Numbered from the stretch's first letter, positions 32,801 to 45,806 are shown. The stretch: 64,000 bases of DNA from an uncultured Gammaproteobacteria bacterium (GCA_963773065.1 CAVYZN010000006.1:128001-192000); one strand, 5' to 3'. The notes: generated from the letters alone by a model not told the origin. A program made the numbers and translations.

Positions 32801-34537
32801 TCGGTGTTGGTCAGGATGGGCTGGCTCACTTCGAGGCGCCTATGTTCGCCGGCCGATTCGTGGCCCAGCAGGTTGGGCCTTGGGCCGATCAGCGACACCA
32901 GCGACATCACCAGTTCCTCGCGTATCGGATCGATCGGCGGGTTGGTGACCTGGGCAAAGTTCTGCTTGAAGTAATTAGCCAGGGGTTTGGGTTTCCTCGA
33001 CAGCACCGCGATCGGATTGTCCGCGCCCATGGAGCCGATGGCCTCCTGGCCGGTGACCGCCATCGGCGTCATCAGGAACCGGATGTCTTCCTGGGTATAC
33101 CCGAAGGCCTGCTGCCGGTCGAGCAGGGTGGCGGGATCCGGCGTCATGGGACTGACCACACCCGGCAGGTTTTTCAGCCGGATCTGGGTCTTGTCCAACC
33201 AGTCCTGGTAAGGGTAGCGCCCGGCAAGCTCCGCTTTCAATTCGCCATCGTCGATGATACGTCCCTGCTCCAAGTCGATGAGGAACATCTTGCCGGGTTG
33301 CAGGCGCCACTTCTTTATGATGCGTTCCTGCGGAATGTCGAGCACCCCCATTTCCGACGCCATGACCACCAGGTCGTCATCGGTGATCAGGTAACGGGCC
33401 GGGCGCAGGCCGTTGCGGTCCAGAGTGGCGCCGATCTGGCGGCCATCGGTGAAGGCAACCGCCGCCGGACCGTCCCACGGTTCCATGAGCGCGGCGTGAT
33501 ATTCGTAAAATGCGCGCCGCTTCTCATCCATCAAGGGATTGCCGGCCCAGGCCTCGGGGATCAGCATCATCATGGCGTGCGAGAGCGAATACCCTCCGGT
33601 AACCAGCAGTTCCAGCGCATTGTCGAAACAGGCCGAATCCGACTGCCCCTCGGCAATCAGCGGCCAGAGCTTCTGCAGATCATCGCCGAACAGTTTCGAG
33701 GATAGGGAATGGCGGCGTGCATGCATCCAGTTGATGTTGCCGCGCAGGGTGTTGATCTCGCCGTTGTGCGCGATCATGCGGAACGGGTGCGCCAGGTCCC
33801 AGGAGGGGAAGGTGTTGGTCGAGAAACGCTGGTGCACCATGGCCAGGGCCGAGATCATGTTTTCATCACGCAGGTCTGGGTAATAGCGATCCACCTGGTT
33901 TGCCAGCAACATGCCCTTGTAACACAGGGTGCGGGTAGACAGGGAAGGCACATAAAAGCATTCACTGCCCTCGTGGCCTGACTCACGCACTTCATTTTCC
34001 ACCTGCTTGCGGATCACGAAGAGCTTGCGTTCAAATGCATCTCCCGCGGCGACGGTCGCGCCACGGCCGATGAAAACCTGCCGCACAAACGGTTCGACCC
34101 GCTTGACGCTTTCACCCAGGCAGACTGTTATCGGTAGGGACATCGCGCCAGCCAAGCAGAGTCTGGCCTTCCGCGTTGATGTAGCGGTTGAGGAGCGCTT
34201 CGCATTGCTTGCGTGAGGCTGAATTGCGCGGCAGGAAAAGCATGCCTACCCCGTAGTCCCCGGCTGCCGGCAACGTTATCCCCAGGGCGTCACATTCCTT
34301 GCGCAGGAAGGCATCCGGAATCTGCATGAGGATGCCGGCGCCGTCACCGGCCAGTGGATCCGCGCCGACCGCGCCGCGATGGGTCAGGTTCTCCAGTATC
34401 CGCAGGCCCTGGTGGATGATAGTGTGACTTTTTTTACCCTTGACGTTCGCGATAAACCCGACGCCACAGGCGTCATGCTCGTTGGCGGGGTCGTACAGGC
34501 CTTGTCGGGGCGGCAACGTGCCATGCTTCATTGGCAA
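29890..34537 (-). CDS. gltB: Glutamate synthase large subunit (frameshift near 34125)
   Basis: [10 protein letters not shown]-terminus (34112-34537) joins [10 protein letters not shown]...[12 protein letters not shown]...CHLNTCPVG. Confidence 0.95.
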
Positions 34538-34778
34538 TACCCTGTTGTTGTGCGCTTTCTGTCGTTCGCAGTCATGGTATGTCGCTGCGAAGAAAAGACG
34601 CGATGTTACAATGCGTTATAAATCGAATCCGGTGTTAGCTTGCGGATGGGCGATAGTGCGCAGACCCGCGGCCAAAAGGCTAAGTAGTATAGCGCCGCAT
34701 GGACGGGTGTTCAATTTGGGAACTTGCGTTATACCTTATTGTTATCAGGGGCATGCAAACCAGCCCGCGCGGGGCCAC

Positions 34779-35024
34779 CTAGGTTTGCGCCTCAAGGAAG
34801 ACGACGAGGTAGCCGCGTTTGAGCTGTTCATCGCGCACCCGGATCAGCGCCGCTTCGGCCTCCTCGCGATCAGCGTAGTGCTCCCGTTGAACGCGTCCCC
34901 TGGCGCCCTGATATCCCCATTCCCGGATCAGGGTCCAACCCTCAAGCAGATCCTCCTGCAGATGGAGATGATAGAAGCGCGGTGGGCGATCACCTTGCGG
35001 CGGAATTTGCATGTAGATTCGCAC
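34779..35024 (-). CDS. WGR-domain protein
   Basis: RFYHLHLQEDLLEGWTLIREWGYQG...QLKRGY. Confidence 0.85.
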   Translation of the reverse strand: MRIYMQIPPQGDRPPRFYHLHLQEDLLEGWTLIREWGYQGARGRVQREHYADREEAEAALIRVRDEQLKRGYLVVFLEAQT

Positions 35025-35262
35025 TGTGGTCGTTGGCGGAGTGTAATGTTATGTGACCACGACGTTGGCAACACTATCGGAGGAATGCACGACTGCAGAC
35101 GACTCAGGGAGCAGTTGCCGAAAACATGCGCGACGGGCCGGAAATCCGCAAAATCCTATTCACAGAATCTTCAACTGGCATTCCATGGATCATGGATACC
35201 CGACAGAATGTAACCTTACGCACCGGGCGCTTTCCATTGAGCAATGTTCGAATCAGAGAACC

Positions 35263-36435
35263 TCATATGCCCGGGTCGAAGGTACGTTCGTATTCTGCAA
35301 TGGCGTAACGGTCCGTCATGCCGGCGATATAGTCTGCCACGGCCCGCGCCCGGCCGTCTTTTCCGTGTCGCTGCTCCCTCATAGCCGTCCACTGCTGGGC
35401 CTCTGGAGGCAGCAGTCGCGGGTCATCGATGAAGGCATTAAAAAGGGCCGTAATGGTCCGTGCCGCCTTGGTCGTCATGCGATGAACACGGTAATGACGG
35501 TAGAGATTAATGCGCAGGAACCGTTTCAGTTCCAGATTCTGTTCACGCATGCCGTCGCTGAAGGCAATGAGCACCTTGTCGTACTCACGTACCGCATCGA
35601 CATCGGCGGGTGCCGCTTCCTCGAGATAGCGGGTGCTGGATTCAATCAGATCGACCACCTGGCGGTTGATGATGCGTCTTACGACCTCATGGATCGTACG
35701 GCGCGGGGATAGTGCCGGGTAACTTGCGCGTACCTCGTCATATTGCTCACGGAACAAGGTGACTTCACTCAGTTCGTCCACTGTGATCAGTCCGGAACGC
35801 AGGCCGTCATCGACATCATGGCTGTTATAGGCGATTTCGTCGGCCAGGTTGGTCAACTGAGCTTCAAGCGATGGCTGGCTCATTTCCACAAATCGGCGGC
35901 CCAGTTCGCCCAGGGTCTCGGCATTTTTCCTGGAGCAGTGCTTGAGGATGCCTTCGCGGCTCTCGAAGGTAAGGTTCAGTCCAGGAAACCCGGCATAACG
36001 CTCTTCCAGTTCATCGACTACACGAAGAGACTGCAGGTTGTGTTCAAACCCACCGTAATCCTTCATGCAGGTATTCAGAGCATCCTGCCCGGCATGACCA
36101 AACGGTGTGTGACCAAGGTCATGGGCGAGGGCAATGCTCTCGGTCAGGTCTTCATTAAGGCTCAGCGCGCGTGCAATCGAACGGGCGATCTGTGCGACCT
36201 CGATGGAATGCGTTAGCCGAGTACGAAACAGATCACCCTCATGGTTGACAAACACCTGGGTTTTGTATTCCAGGCGGCGAAAGGCGGCGGAATGAATGAT
36301 ACGGTCGCGATCACGCTGGTACTCGCTGCGATAGGCCGGTGCGGGCTCTGGATACTGGCGGCCTCTGCTGCGAGTGCTCGTGGCGGCATAGGGTGCGAGC
36401 ATCCCGCTGTGGGTTGTGGGGGGTTCGTTGCCCAT
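35263..36435 (-). CDS. dgt: Deoxyguanosinetriphosphate triphosphohydrolase
   Basis: [49 protein letters not shown]. Confidence 0.95.
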   Translation of the reverse strand: MGNEPPTTHSGMLAPYAATSTRSRGRQYPEPAPAYRSEYQRDRDRIIHSAAFRRLEYKTQVFVNHEGDLFRTRLTHSIEVAQIARSIARALSLNEDLTESIALAHDLGHTPFGHAGQDALNTCMKDYGGFEHNLQSLRVVDELEERYAGFPGLNLTFESREGILKHCSRKNAETLGELGRRFVEMSQPSLEAQLTNLADEIAYNSHDVDDGLRSGLITVDELSEVTLFREQYDEVRASYPALSPRRTIHEVVRRIINRQVVDLIESSTRYLEEAAPADVDAVREYDKVLIAFSDGMREQNLELKRFLRINLYRHYRVHRMTTKAARTITALFNAFIDDPRLLPPEAQQWTAMREQRHGKDGRARAVADYIAGMTDRYAIAEYERTFDPGI

Positions 36436-36440
36436 GTCGG

Positions 36441-37517
36441 TCAGGCGGCGCGGGACAACGTTTCACTCAGCAAGGCCGTACTGAAGTCGCTGGTCACCAC
36501 GGCAGTACCAATCGCCTTGAGCAGGACAAGACGCAATCCACCGTCCAGCACCTTCTTGTCCACGGCCATGAGTCTCATGAACTGCACCTCGTCCATTCCG
36601 GCCGGCGGAGATGTCGGCAGTCCAGCGCATTGCAGGAGTTTTTCAATGCGTTTTACATCTGACCTTGGCAGCCATTGGTGGCGCGCCGACAGGTCGGCCG
36701 CCATCAGCATACCGGCAGCAACGGCCTCACCATGCAGCCAGTTACCGTAACCGGTGCCGGTTTCGATGGCATGACCGAAGGTATGACCCAGGTTGAGTAA
36801 TGCGCGCTGCCCGCTTTCGCGTTCATCGGCGGCAACGATTCCCGCCTTGATGGTGCAGGAACGCTCAATGGCATACGCGAGAGTCATCTTGTCGAGCGCC
36901 TTGAGTCGTTCGATATTCTGCTCCAACCAGGTGAAGAAGCCGGCATCATGGATCAGTCCGTATTTGATAGCCTCGGCCAGTCCGGCTGTAAGCTGGCGTT
37001 GATCCAGGGTGTCAAGGGTGTCGGTATCGATCAATACACAACCGGGTTGGTGGAAGGCCCCGATCATGTTTTTTCCCAAGGGGTGGTTAACGCCCGTTTT
37101 CCCGCCTACCGATGAGTCGACCTGTGCCAGGAGGGTGGTCGGTATCTGCAGAAAGGCCACGCCCCGCTGGTAACAGGCGGCGGCAAAACCGGTAATATCG
37201 CCGACCACACCCCCCCCCAGTGCCACGAGTGTGCAGCGCCGGTTGAAGCGTTGTTCCAGCAGGCCGGTAAAGACAGCGTTCAAGGTCTCAAGGCTCTTGT
37301 ACTGCTCTCCGTCGGGAAGTATGACAGACGCCAGCTCGAAACCGCTCAGCAGCCGCTTTACGCAATCAAGATACAAAGGTGCTATTTTTTCATTGGTAAC
37401 CACCATTACCTGCCTGCCCCTGATATGTTCGGTAACCAGTTCCGGCTTCTGCAGCAGACCCTGGCCGATATGGATCGGGTAGCTGCGCATACCAAGGTTG
37501 ACTGTCAGTGTTTTCAT
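36441..37517 (-). CDS. aroB: 3-dehydroquinate synthase
   Basis: [35 protein letters not shown]. Confidence 0.97.
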   Translation of the reverse strand: MKTLTVNLGMRSYPIHIGQGLLQKPELVTEHIRGRQVMVVTNEKIAPLYLDCVKRLLSGFELASVILPDGEQYKSLETLNAVFTGLLEQRFNRRCTLVALGGGVVGDITGFAAACYQRGVAFLQIPTTLLAQVDSSVGGKTGVNHPLGKNMIGAFHQPGCVLIDTDTLDTLDQRQLTAGLAEAIKYGLIHDAGFFTWLEQNIERLKALDKMTLAYAIERSCTIKAGIVAADERESGQRALLNLGHTFGHAIETGTGYGNWLHGEAVAAGMLMAADLSARHQWLPRSDVKRIEKLLQCAGLPTSPPAGMDEVQFMRLMAVDKKVLDGGLRLVLLKAIGTAVVTSDFSTALLSETLSRAA

Positions 37518-37597
37518 ATCCTGGGTGTCACGCCTGCATTATAAAAGCAGCATATAGGATAATGGGTCCGCAGGGCAAAAAACGCCAAGATTGCCAC

Positions 37598-38116
37598 TCA
37601 GCGCAGTTTGAGCTTGCGAATGATCTGATTGACGACCCCCATGACGCGTTTGCCGTCCGTGTCGATCACAAGATCGGCGATCTCCCGGTAAAGGGGGTCA
37701 CGCATCCGCATCAGATCCTCCAGACGCTGGCGCGGATTTTCTGTTTGCAGAAGTGGCCGGTTACGGTCGCGTTTGGTGCGCGCCAGCTGCTGATTTACCG
37801 AGGCGTGCAGGTAAATCACCAGACCGCGTTCCGCAAAGTGTCTGCGGTTATCCGGATCCAAAATGGCACCTCCGCCGGTGGCGAGGATGATATTGGGCAG
37901 GCAGGTAAGCTCATCGATGACGAGCCGTTCACGTTTGCGAAAGCCTTGCTCGCCTTCCAGCTCGAATATCAGCGGGATATCGACACCGGTACGGTCCTCG
38001 ATTTCCCTGTCGCTGTCATAAAAGACCATCCTGAGCTGTTGGGAAAGCTGCCGGCCAATGGTGGATTTCCCGGCACCCATGGGGCCCGTCAAAAACAAAC
38101 TGCCCGGCGTTTTCAT
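37598..38116 (-). CDS. aroK: Shikimate kinase
   Basis: [29 protein letters not shown]. Confidence 0.97.
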   Translation of the reverse strand: MKTPGSLFLTGPMGAGKSTIGRQLSQQLRMVFYDSDREIEDRTGVDIPLIFELEGEQGFRKRERLVIDELTCLPNIILATGGGAILDPDNRRHFAERGLVIYLHASVNQQLARTKRDRNRPLLQTENPRQRLEDLMRMRDPLYREIADLVIDTDGKRVMGVVNQIIRKLKLR

Positions 38117-38173
38117 GCCGGGCAGGTATGCCAGAAAGTGTGTTCGCTGGCAAGCGCCAGGAACGCTTGGTGA

Positions 38174-40324
38174 TCAGAGGCGGAAGTTTTCCTTGACGAT
38201 CTTCGGCGTGATAAAGATAAGCAGTTCGGTCTTGTTATCGGTTTTCCGGGTTGTCTTGAACAGCCAGTCAACCATCGGCAGTTCCCCGAAGAATGGCACC
38301 CGGTCCGTTTCATCCAGTCTTTCCCGTTCATAGATGCCGCCGAGAACCAGGGTTTCCCCATTGTCGACCAGCACCTGGGTGCCCACTTCTTTCGTATCAA
38401 TGCTGGGAACTCCTTCGAACTCCCGGCCGACGCTGTCCTTGTTGACGTTGAGATCCATGATGATGCGGTCATCCGGGGTGATTTGCGGTGTGACTCTTAG
38501 GCTGAGCACGGCCTTCTTGAAGGACACGCTGGTGGCGCCGCTGGAGGAGGCTTCCTGATAGGGAATTTCGGTGCCTGCCTCGATGTAGGCTTCCTTCTGG
38601 TTGGAGGTCAGCACCCGGGGACTGGAAACGACTTCACCACGTCCTTCCGCCTCCATGGCATTGAGTTCCAACTGCAGCAGGTGGCTGCCCAGCTTGCCAA
38701 CAGCCAGACCGATGGAGCCGGTCGGGTTGGTAACCCCGAGATCGGTGATCAGGCCTGTGATACTGCTGCCAGCCGGCACCTCAAAGGGCGTTACAGGGTC
38801 GGTAACAAGGTCGCCCGGCTGTTTTCCGCCAACAACCAGGACGTGATCATCATTAAAGTCAACCGCCTTGCTGTAGCCGAACTTCACACCGAGATCCCGC
38901 GCGAAATCATTGTTGGCGATCACGATGCGTGACTCGATCAGCACCTGCCTGACGGGGATATCCAGTTGCGCAACCAGTTTGCGGATATCCGCGAGCTTGC
39001 TTGCGGTATCCTGGATCAGCAGGGTGTTGGTACGTTCATCTATCGTTGCCGTACCGCGTTCTGAAAGCAGGGAAGTATCGGAACTCTTCAACAGCTTGGC
39101 GATATCACTGGCCTTGGCGTAATTGACCTGGATGAATTCGGAGTAGAGTGGCTCCAGTTCCTTGATTTGCTTCTGGGACTCGAGTTCAAGCTTTTCACGC
39201 GCAGCAATTTCCTCGCTGGGGGCAACCAGCATGACGTTACCGGTTTGACGCATCCCCAGACCCTTGGTTTTCAGGATCAGATCCAGCGCCTGGTCCCAAG
39301 GCACATTCTTGAGGCGCAATGTCAGGCTGCCGGTGACCGTATCACTGACCACGATGTTGATTCCGGTAAAGTCGGCGATGAGCTGAAGTACGGAACGCAC
39401 CTCGATATCCTGGAAATTAAGGGACAAGCGCTCGCCTTTGTAGCCGAATTCATCTTTTTTGCGATCTTCCGCCTCTTTCTTGGTGATCGCCTTGACCTCG
39501 ATGGTAAATTGGTTATCGGACTGATAGGCAAGGTAGTCATACTCACCCATGGGTGTAATGACCATGTGGACATTCTCACCTTTGGTGAAGGTATCTACGG
39601 TTTTCACTGGTGTAGCAAAATCAAGTACGTCCAGGCGGCGTTCCATTTCGCCGGGCAGTATGGCGCGATAGAAATCGACCACCACATTGCCACCTTCCTG
39701 CTTTATATCCACCGGGATGGAAGGGTCGGAAAGATTTACGATGATGCGGCCCTCACCATGCTCGCCACGCCGGAAATCGACATTCTCGATCTGTGGCCTG
39801 TAACCTCCCTTGGCGGCAGCTACCGCGGCGCTGGCGACGCTTTCTGCCTTGCCGCCACCCTGTACGGTCAGCACGACCTTGTTCCCCTCAGCATGAGCTT
39901 CGTAAGGCACCATCTCGACTAGGTTGACGACGACGCGGGTGCGCCCCTGCGCCTCGATAGTGGTTATGCTGTCTGCCATCCCGATGCCGATTTTCTGTGT
40001 GCGCTGGGTAAGTTCGTTCTTTGTGGCGGGGAAATCCAGAGCGATGCGTGCCGGGTTGTCTATGGTAAAGCTCAACGGTGACGTGGCGGTATTGCTCAAC
40101 GTCAGGATGACCTGTGCCTTGTTTCCTGGAAGGCCGGCAAATTCGACTGATTTCAGCGAGTTTGTCGCGGCCTGTTCAGCCGCGTCACTAGTCGTGAGGC
40201 TGCTGCCAAGCAGTATGAGGCCTGTAAACAGCAAGAGGTTCCAGCCGCCTCTGGCCAATCTTCTTATGGTGCTGAAAAGTTGTGTTGCGTATACCACTTG
40301 TCTGCGAGAGCTATTTCCGGTCAT
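38174..40324 (-). CDS. pilQ: Type IV pilus secretin
   Basis: AMIN domains, LSLNFQDIEVRSVLQ, VPWDQALD, ELLIFITPKIV. Confidence 0.96.
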   Translation of the reverse strand: MTGNSSRRQVVYATQLFSTIRRLARGGWNLLLFTGLILLGSSLTTSDAAEQAATNSLKSVEFAGLPGNKAQVILTLSNTATSPLSFTIDNPARIALDFPATKNELTQRTQKIGIGMADSITTIEAQGRTRVVVNLVEMVPYEAHAEGNKVVLTVQGGGKAESVASAAVAAAKGGYRPQIENVDFRRGEHGEGRIIVNLSDPSIPVDIKQEGGNVVVDFYRAILPGEMERRLDVLDFATPVKTVDTFTKGENVHMVITPMGEYDYLAYQSDNQFTIEVKAITKKEAEDRKKDEFGYKGERLSLNFQDIEVRSVLQLIADFTGINIVVSDTVTGSLTLRLKNVPWDQALDLILKTKGLGMRQTGNVMLVAPSEEIAAREKLELESQKQIKELEPLYSEFIQVNYAKASDIAKLLKSSDTSLLSERGTATIDERTNTLLIQDTASKLADIRKLVAQLDIPVRQVLIESRIVIANNDFARDLGVKFGYSKAVDFNDDHVLVVGGKQPGDLVTDPVTPFEVPAGSSITGLITDLGVTNPTGSIGLAVGKLGSHLLQLELNAMEAEGRGEVVSSPRVLTSNQKEAYIEAGTEIPYQEASSSGATSVSFKKAVLSLRVTPQITPDDRIIMDLNVNKDSVGREFEGVPSIDTKEVGTQVLVDNGETLVLGGIYERERLDETDRVPFFGELPMVDWLFKTTRKTDNKTELLIFITPKIVKENFRL

Positions 40325-40342
40325 TGCGATTCCCCCATGGGA

Positions 40343-40885
40343 TTATTCGCTGATTGCAATGGAAGCCTGGCGTTCCATCCAGCCTCCGAGTCCATCAGGA
40401 ATGATTTCCGTTAGTTCAACTTCAAATTCCGTAACCCGAGTAATCTTGCCGTGATTTTGACCCAGATAATTACCGGGCTGCACGCGATGGATGGCGTCGT
40501 CTTTGTCGAGAATCAAGGCCCAGGTCTCCTGACCCTTTTCCATTGTTCCAACCATACGCAAGCTGTCAAGCGGATACTCTTCGAGCGGTTCGGTTGGACG
40601 ATCGAAGTCAGGTTTAATCCCGCTAGCACCGGTTTGCGCCACGGCGGCGGGTGGATGGGTGAAAACGGGCGGAGTAAACGGGTCGCGCAGTTCATTTGCC
40701 TGATAGGTGAAAGATTCAAAGGGTTCAAATTCGGGCAGTGGTTCTATGGATGATTTTTGCTGGCTTTTAACCTCTGCAACATAGGTCTCGAGATCAGCGG
40801 TTGGATTGTCCGAGCAGGCTGCTATTGCGCCCGCCATGGATACCATAGCCAGCCAACGCATCATGTGCTTGCAATCCCTTATCAT
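40343..40885 (-). CDS. pilP: Type IV pilus lipoprotein
   Basis: Lipobox IAAC, RDPF, EPLEEYPLDSLRMVG, GNYLGQNHG. Confidence 0.95.
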   Translation of the reverse strand: MIRDCKHMMRWLAMVSMAGAIAACSDNPTADLETYVAEVKSQQKSSIEPLPEFEPFESFTYQANELRDPFTPPVFTHPPAAVAQTGASGIKPDFDRPTEPLEEYPLDSLRMVGTMEKGQETWALILDKDDAIHRVQPGNYLGQNHGKITRVTEFEVELTEIIPDGLGGWMERQASIAISE

Positions 40886-41523
40886 TTTTTACCGCCCCCC
40901 TTCTTACCACCCGCCTTCTTACCACCCTCCTGAGGCCGCTCACTTTCTTCCAGGTAACGGTAGGTCTTGGCGGTCATATCCATCACAAGTAGGGAGTCGT
41001 CCGCTTTGCCCCGCTTTTTGATGCTGATATTATGCAACGTCACGATGCGGGGCAGGGCCGCAACACCGCTGACAAAATCCCCGAATTCATGGTAAGTGCC
41101 TATGACACGAATGCTGATGGGCAACTCCGCATAGAATTCCTGGGGATTCTCTGCTTGGGGTTTGAACAATTCGAATTCCAGGCCGCTAGCCAGCCCTGTT
41201 TGCGAGACATCGACCAGCAAATCCGCCACTTCAGTTTTGTTGGGCAACTGGCGCAACATGGCCCCAAAGGATTCTCGCATTTCTGTCAATTGCTGCTCGT
41301 ATGCTTCTAGGTTCGCAGCCTGCTGGGCTTTCTTCTCGAAAATGATCTTCAGGGCAGCCTCTTTCTGTTCTGCTTGCTGTAGAAGCACCAACTGGTCCTT
41401 TATATGGAACCAGTAGCCCAGAAAAATCACACCACCCATGATGAACAGGATCACAACCACACGGGCAGCGGCTGGCCAGCGGGAAACGTTGGAGAGATCT
41501 AGGTCATTCAGGTTGAGATTCAT
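40882..41523 (-). CDS. pilO: Type IV pilus assembly protein
   Basis: LRQLPNKTEVADLLVDVSQTG, FYAELPI, LPRIVTL. Confidence 0.95.
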   Translation of the reverse strand: MNLNLNDLDLSNVSRWPAAARVVVILFIMGGVIFLGYWFHIKDQLVLLQQAEQKEAALKIIFEKKAQQAANLEAYEQQLTEMRESFGAMLRQLPNKTEVADLLVDVSQTGLASGLEFELFKPQAENPQEFYAELPISIRVIGTYHEFGDFVSGVAALPRIVTLHNISIKKRGKADDSLLVMDMTAKTYRYLEESERPQEGGKKAGGKKGGGKK

Positions 41524-42105
41524 GAGCCACCCTCTTTCTGACTGGCCTCGTCACTTTGGGGTTTATGTGTTTTTTGATTGCCGCGCAAACTGAAATTGGC
41601 AACACGGGTACGGCTTACTTCAGTGGTCTGGATCTGGTCCAGGCGAGGCGCGGTCAGCCACTCGGATGCATCGATATTGCGCATATAGTCAGATACCCGG
41701 GCATTTGATTGCGCGACCCCGGTCAAGTCCAAGTTTTTGTCTTTCTGAATAAATGTTTTCAGATATACGCCATCAGGCAGGGTGCGAACCAGTTCGTCCA
41801 TCAGGTGTACGCTTTCCGGGCGGCTGCGCTGCAGTTCCTGAATGACATTCATACGTGCGAGCAGATCGGCTTTCATCTTTTCAAGCTCGTTGATCCTGCC
41901 AATGCGTTGGTCGAGGATCTTAATCTCACCCTGGAGGTAATCGTTGCGCTGATTCTGATTGCTCAATAAGACCGTCGACGTGGAAATGTGCCAGCAGCAC
42001 AAATAGTACTGCGACAACGGCGCTGCCCCCCGCCGAAATGATAAATTCACGCTGTTTCTGCTTGCGCAGTTCTTCACGCCAGGGAAGCAGATTGATCTTT
42101 GCCAT
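41520..42105 (-). CDS. pilN: Type IV pilus assembly protein (frameshift near 41965)
   Basis: MAKINLLPWREELRK start at 42105; LQRSRP...GVAQSNARVSDYMRN. Confidence 0.9.
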
Positions 42106-42106
42106 G

Positions 42107-43192
42107 TTAGTCGAAGCTCCTCAAGGCCAGCCCACAGGCGATCAACAGCGCAGGCGCATCATTGCTGAGTGTTTGCGGCTTTACACGCGCTGACAGCGAC
42201 ATGGAGGCAAAGGGGTTTGCAATGGTGGTTTCGACGCCCAGTCTTTCCTGTATCAACTCATCCACGTTGGGTATGGATGCGCTGCCGCCGGCCAGCACGA
42301 CATGGTCTACCTTACTGTGAGGGCTGGATGAATAGAAAAATTGCAGGGAGCGGCTTGCCTGTTGCGCCATGGCCTCCTTGAAGGGTTCAAGCACGTCGGT
42401 GACGTAGTTTTCCGGCAATCCACCCTGACGTTTCGCCATGCCGGCTTCCTCGTAGGACAGCCCATAACGACGCATGATCTCTTCAGTCAGTTGCTTTCCG
42501 CCAAACACAGTATCTCGGGTGTAGATGCTTTTCAGATCATGCATGACATTGAGCGTGGTCATAGTTGCACCGACGTCAATGACAGCGATGGTTTTTTCTA
42601 CTCCCTGATCCGGGACCTGGTCCGTAAGCAGGGCAAAGGCATTCTCGCTGGCGAATGATTCAACATCGATGATTTGAGAGATCATACCGCCAGTTTCAAC
42701 CGCTGCATTGCGCATGTCGACATTTTCTCTGCGGCATGCGGCCAGGAGAACATCCACCGTGTCGGGATTTTTTTCTGAGGGTCCGACGACCTCAAAATCG
42801 AGATTTACCTCATCGAGTGGGTACGGGACGTACTGGTCGGCCTCGAACTGAAGCTGGCTTTCCATGTCGTCATCAGACAATCCGGCCGGCATGGTGATGG
42901 TTCTGGTGATTACAGCCGATCCCGCTACCGCGACCGCGGCATGTCGTGTACGCGTCCCTGAACGCTTGACCGCACGTCGTATCGCTTCACCGACGGCTTC
43001 GACGTCGGTAATATTCTTTTCGACGACGGAGTTGGGGGGGAGCGGCTCGACCGCGTAGCTTTCTACGCGGTAGCGTAAACCACTGCGACTCAGCTCCAGC
43101 AGCTTGACGGCGGTGGAACTGATGTCCAAGCCTATGAGAGGCGGTTTAGTCCGTTTGAATAGTTGCGCGAATGGCACAATATTTCCTTTCAA
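42107..43192 (-). CDS. pilM: Type IV pilus assembly ATP-binding protein
   Basis: GLDISSTAVKLLEL, DVGATMTT, ACGLALRSFD. Confidence 0.96.
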   Translation of the reverse strand: MKGNIVPFAQLFKRTKPPLIGLDISSTAVKLLELSRSGLRYRVESYAVEPLPPNSVVEKNITDVEAVGEAIRRAVKRSGTRTRHAAVAVAGSAVITRTITMPAGLSDDDMESQLQFEADQYVPYPLDEVNLDFEVVGPSEKNPDTVDVLLAACRRENVDMRNAAVETGGMISQIIDVESFASENAFALLTDQVPDQGVEKTIAVIDVGATMTTLNVMHDLKSIYTRDTVFGGKQLTEEIMRRYGLSYEEAGMAKRQGGLPENYVTDVLEPFKEAMAQQASRSLQFFYSSSPHSKVDHVVLAGGSASIPNVDELIQERLGVETTIANPFASMSLSARVKPQTLSNDAPALLIACGLALRSFD

Positions 43193-43411
43193 TTACCCAC
43201 TGTTGGACAGCTAAGGTAGTTCGGGGCATTAGAGAGCATTGGCAACTGTTTGTCAACCAAAGTGAGACCCTAAGTGCATTATACGGAGATAGTTATCGGA
43301 CAATTTACTGGTAGGGTTGAGAAAAATTTTTCGCATTCGCCGCCTGATTCCTGTTATATGACATTCATCCAACCGATACTATGAATTCGATCACTGGTTT
43401 TCTGCGCTGAC

Positions 43412-45806
43412 ATGAATTTTACACGCCTAGTGCGATTGCTTCTTTCCGCTGTTCTTACACTGGCCATCGTCTTACTGGTTCTATCCGCAATCTTGTACGT
43501 CAAGATTGAACCACAGTTGCCCTCCATTGAACTGCTCAAGGACGTTCAGTTGCAGGTACCGCTGCGTATTTATACCAGTGACCGCAAGTTGCTTGCGGAG
43601 TTTGGAGAAAAACGGCGGACGCCGGTTCAGATAGAAAATGTGCCGCCGGCACTTGATACAAGCATTCCTTGCGGCTGAAGATGACCGCTTCTTCGAACAT
43701 CCGGGTGTTGATTTTCAGGGCTTGCTGCGGGCTGGAATCGAACTGCTCCGTACGGGCGAGAAACGCCAGGGTGGTAGTACCATTACGATGCAGGTGGCGC
43801 GTAATTTCTTCCTCACCACAGAAAAGACCTATTTGCGCAAACTAACCGAAATTCTCCTTGCATTCAAGATCGAACATTCGCTCAACAAAGAGGAGATTCT
43901 GGAGCTTTACCTGAACAAGATTTTCCTGGGGCATCGTGCCTATGGCGTGGAAGCCGCGGCGCAGGTCTATTATGGCGTCGGGATCGATAAACTGACCGTT
44001 GCTCGGATGGCAATGATAGCCGCACTGCCCAAGGCGCCCTCACGTGTTAATCCGGTCAATGACCCGACGGCTGCCTTGGTACGGCGTAATTACATACTTG
44101 GCCGCATGTACAGTCTCGGGTATATCGACGCCGAGGTTTACAGAAAAGCCCTGGCGGAGGAGGATGGCGCCGAACTGCACACCGTCCAGGCGGAGGTTAC
44201 GGCTCCCTACCTGGCCGAGATGGTCCGTGATGAAATGGCGATGCGCTACGGGGAGGAAGCGTATACCTCGGGGTTCGAAGTGGTGACAACAGTTGAGTCA
44301 TCGCTCCAGACGGCGGCAAACCGGGCAATGCGTGATGCATTGCTGGAATATACTCGCCGGCACGGCTACCGGGGTCCGGAGGGTCATGTTGACCTCGCAG
44401 GCGTGGCTGCCGACACATGGCCGGATCTGCTTGCGGATTTTCCGGCATTGGGTGATGTGGAAGCCGGGCTGGTTACCGCCGTCGAGGACCACTCGGCGCG
44501 GGTATCCCTTCGAGATCGGCAGACGATCACCATCGAGTGGGATGGCTTGTCCTGGGCGCGTCCTTACCAGAGTGTCAATCAGTTGGGCAAATCCCCCGTA
44601 AAGGCGGCTGACGTTGTCGCCGTCGGTGACATCATAAGGATAGAAACTTCCAAGGAGGGTAAATGGCGGTTGACCCAGTTGCCGTTGGTCCAAGGCGCAC
44701 TGGTTTCACTCCGGCCAGAGGATGGGGCCGTGGTCGCGCTGGTTGGTGGTTTTGATTTCAGCCTCAGCAAGTTCAATCGTGCGACACAGGCGATGCGTCA
44801 GCCCGGCTCCAGTTTCAAACCGATCATTTATTCAGCCGCGCTGGAGAAGGGATTCACCACAGCCAGCATCATCAACGACGCGCCGGTTGTATTCGATGAT
44901 AACGCCCTGGAATCGACCTGGCGACCCGAGAATTTCAGTGGCAAGTTTTATGGCCCGACGCGCCTTAGGGAAGCATTATATCTTTCCCGCAATCTGGTAT
45001 CGGTGCGCATCCTGCAGTCCATAGGAGCCGCCTACGCCGCGCAATACGCGGAGCGGTTCGGCTTTGAGTCCTCGCAATTGCCGAAGGATCTGACCCTGGC
45101 ATTGGGCAGTGCATCGGTTACGCCGCTGCAGATGGCCCGGGCCTTCGCCGTGTTCGCCAACGGTGGTTACCTTGTGGATCCCTATTTCATACGCCGCATT
45201 CATGATGCCACGGGTGAGGTGATCTATTCGGCGAAACCTCGCGTGGTTTGTCCCGATTGTCCGCCAGGCATTGAAGGGATTCTTGATGATGGAAACAGCA
45301 ACCTCAACCTCGCCCCAGCGGTTATTACCCCGCAGAACGACTGGCTGATGAATTCCATGCTACAGGATGTCATACTGCGTGGTACCGGCCGGCGCGCCAG
45401 TGAACTGGGACGCAGCGACCTGTCCGGCAAGACTGGTACCACGAATGACCAGAAAGATGCCTGGTTCTGCGGTTATAACCCGTCACTGGTAACGACGACA
45501 TGGGTGGGTTTTGACAAGCTTGAACCGCTTGGTCGAGCGGAAACCGGGGGCCAGGCCGCCCTGCCGATGTGGATGGAGTACATGGGTGCGGCATTGGCCG
45601 GTGTCAAGACACAGACACGGGAACAACCGGATGGGCTTGTGACTGTGCGTATTGATCCGAAGACGGGACTGTTGGCTCGCAATGGCCAGGCAGATGCCAT
45701 CTTTGAAACATTCCGGGTTGAGGATGTTCCGCAGGCCAGCGTCGACAGCCGGGCTACAGATTCTGGTTCTGGCTCAGGAAAGGGCGCCGTGGAGCAGTTG
45801 TTCTAG
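43412..45806 (+). CDS. mrcA: Penicillin-binding protein 1A (frameshift near 43650)
   Basis: AEDDRFFEHPG, QGGSTITMQ, RQPGSSFKP, GKTGTTN; divergent from pilM. Confidence 0.94.

Noticed and set aside
30046-33705. 1219-aa ORF on + strand
   Set aside because: Antisense shadow of gltB caused by high-GC codon bias; no recognisable motifs.
40885-40930. 15-bp tandem repeat at the pilO 3' end
   Set aside because: Encodes a low-complexity GGKK tail; not a CRISPR or contingency repeat.
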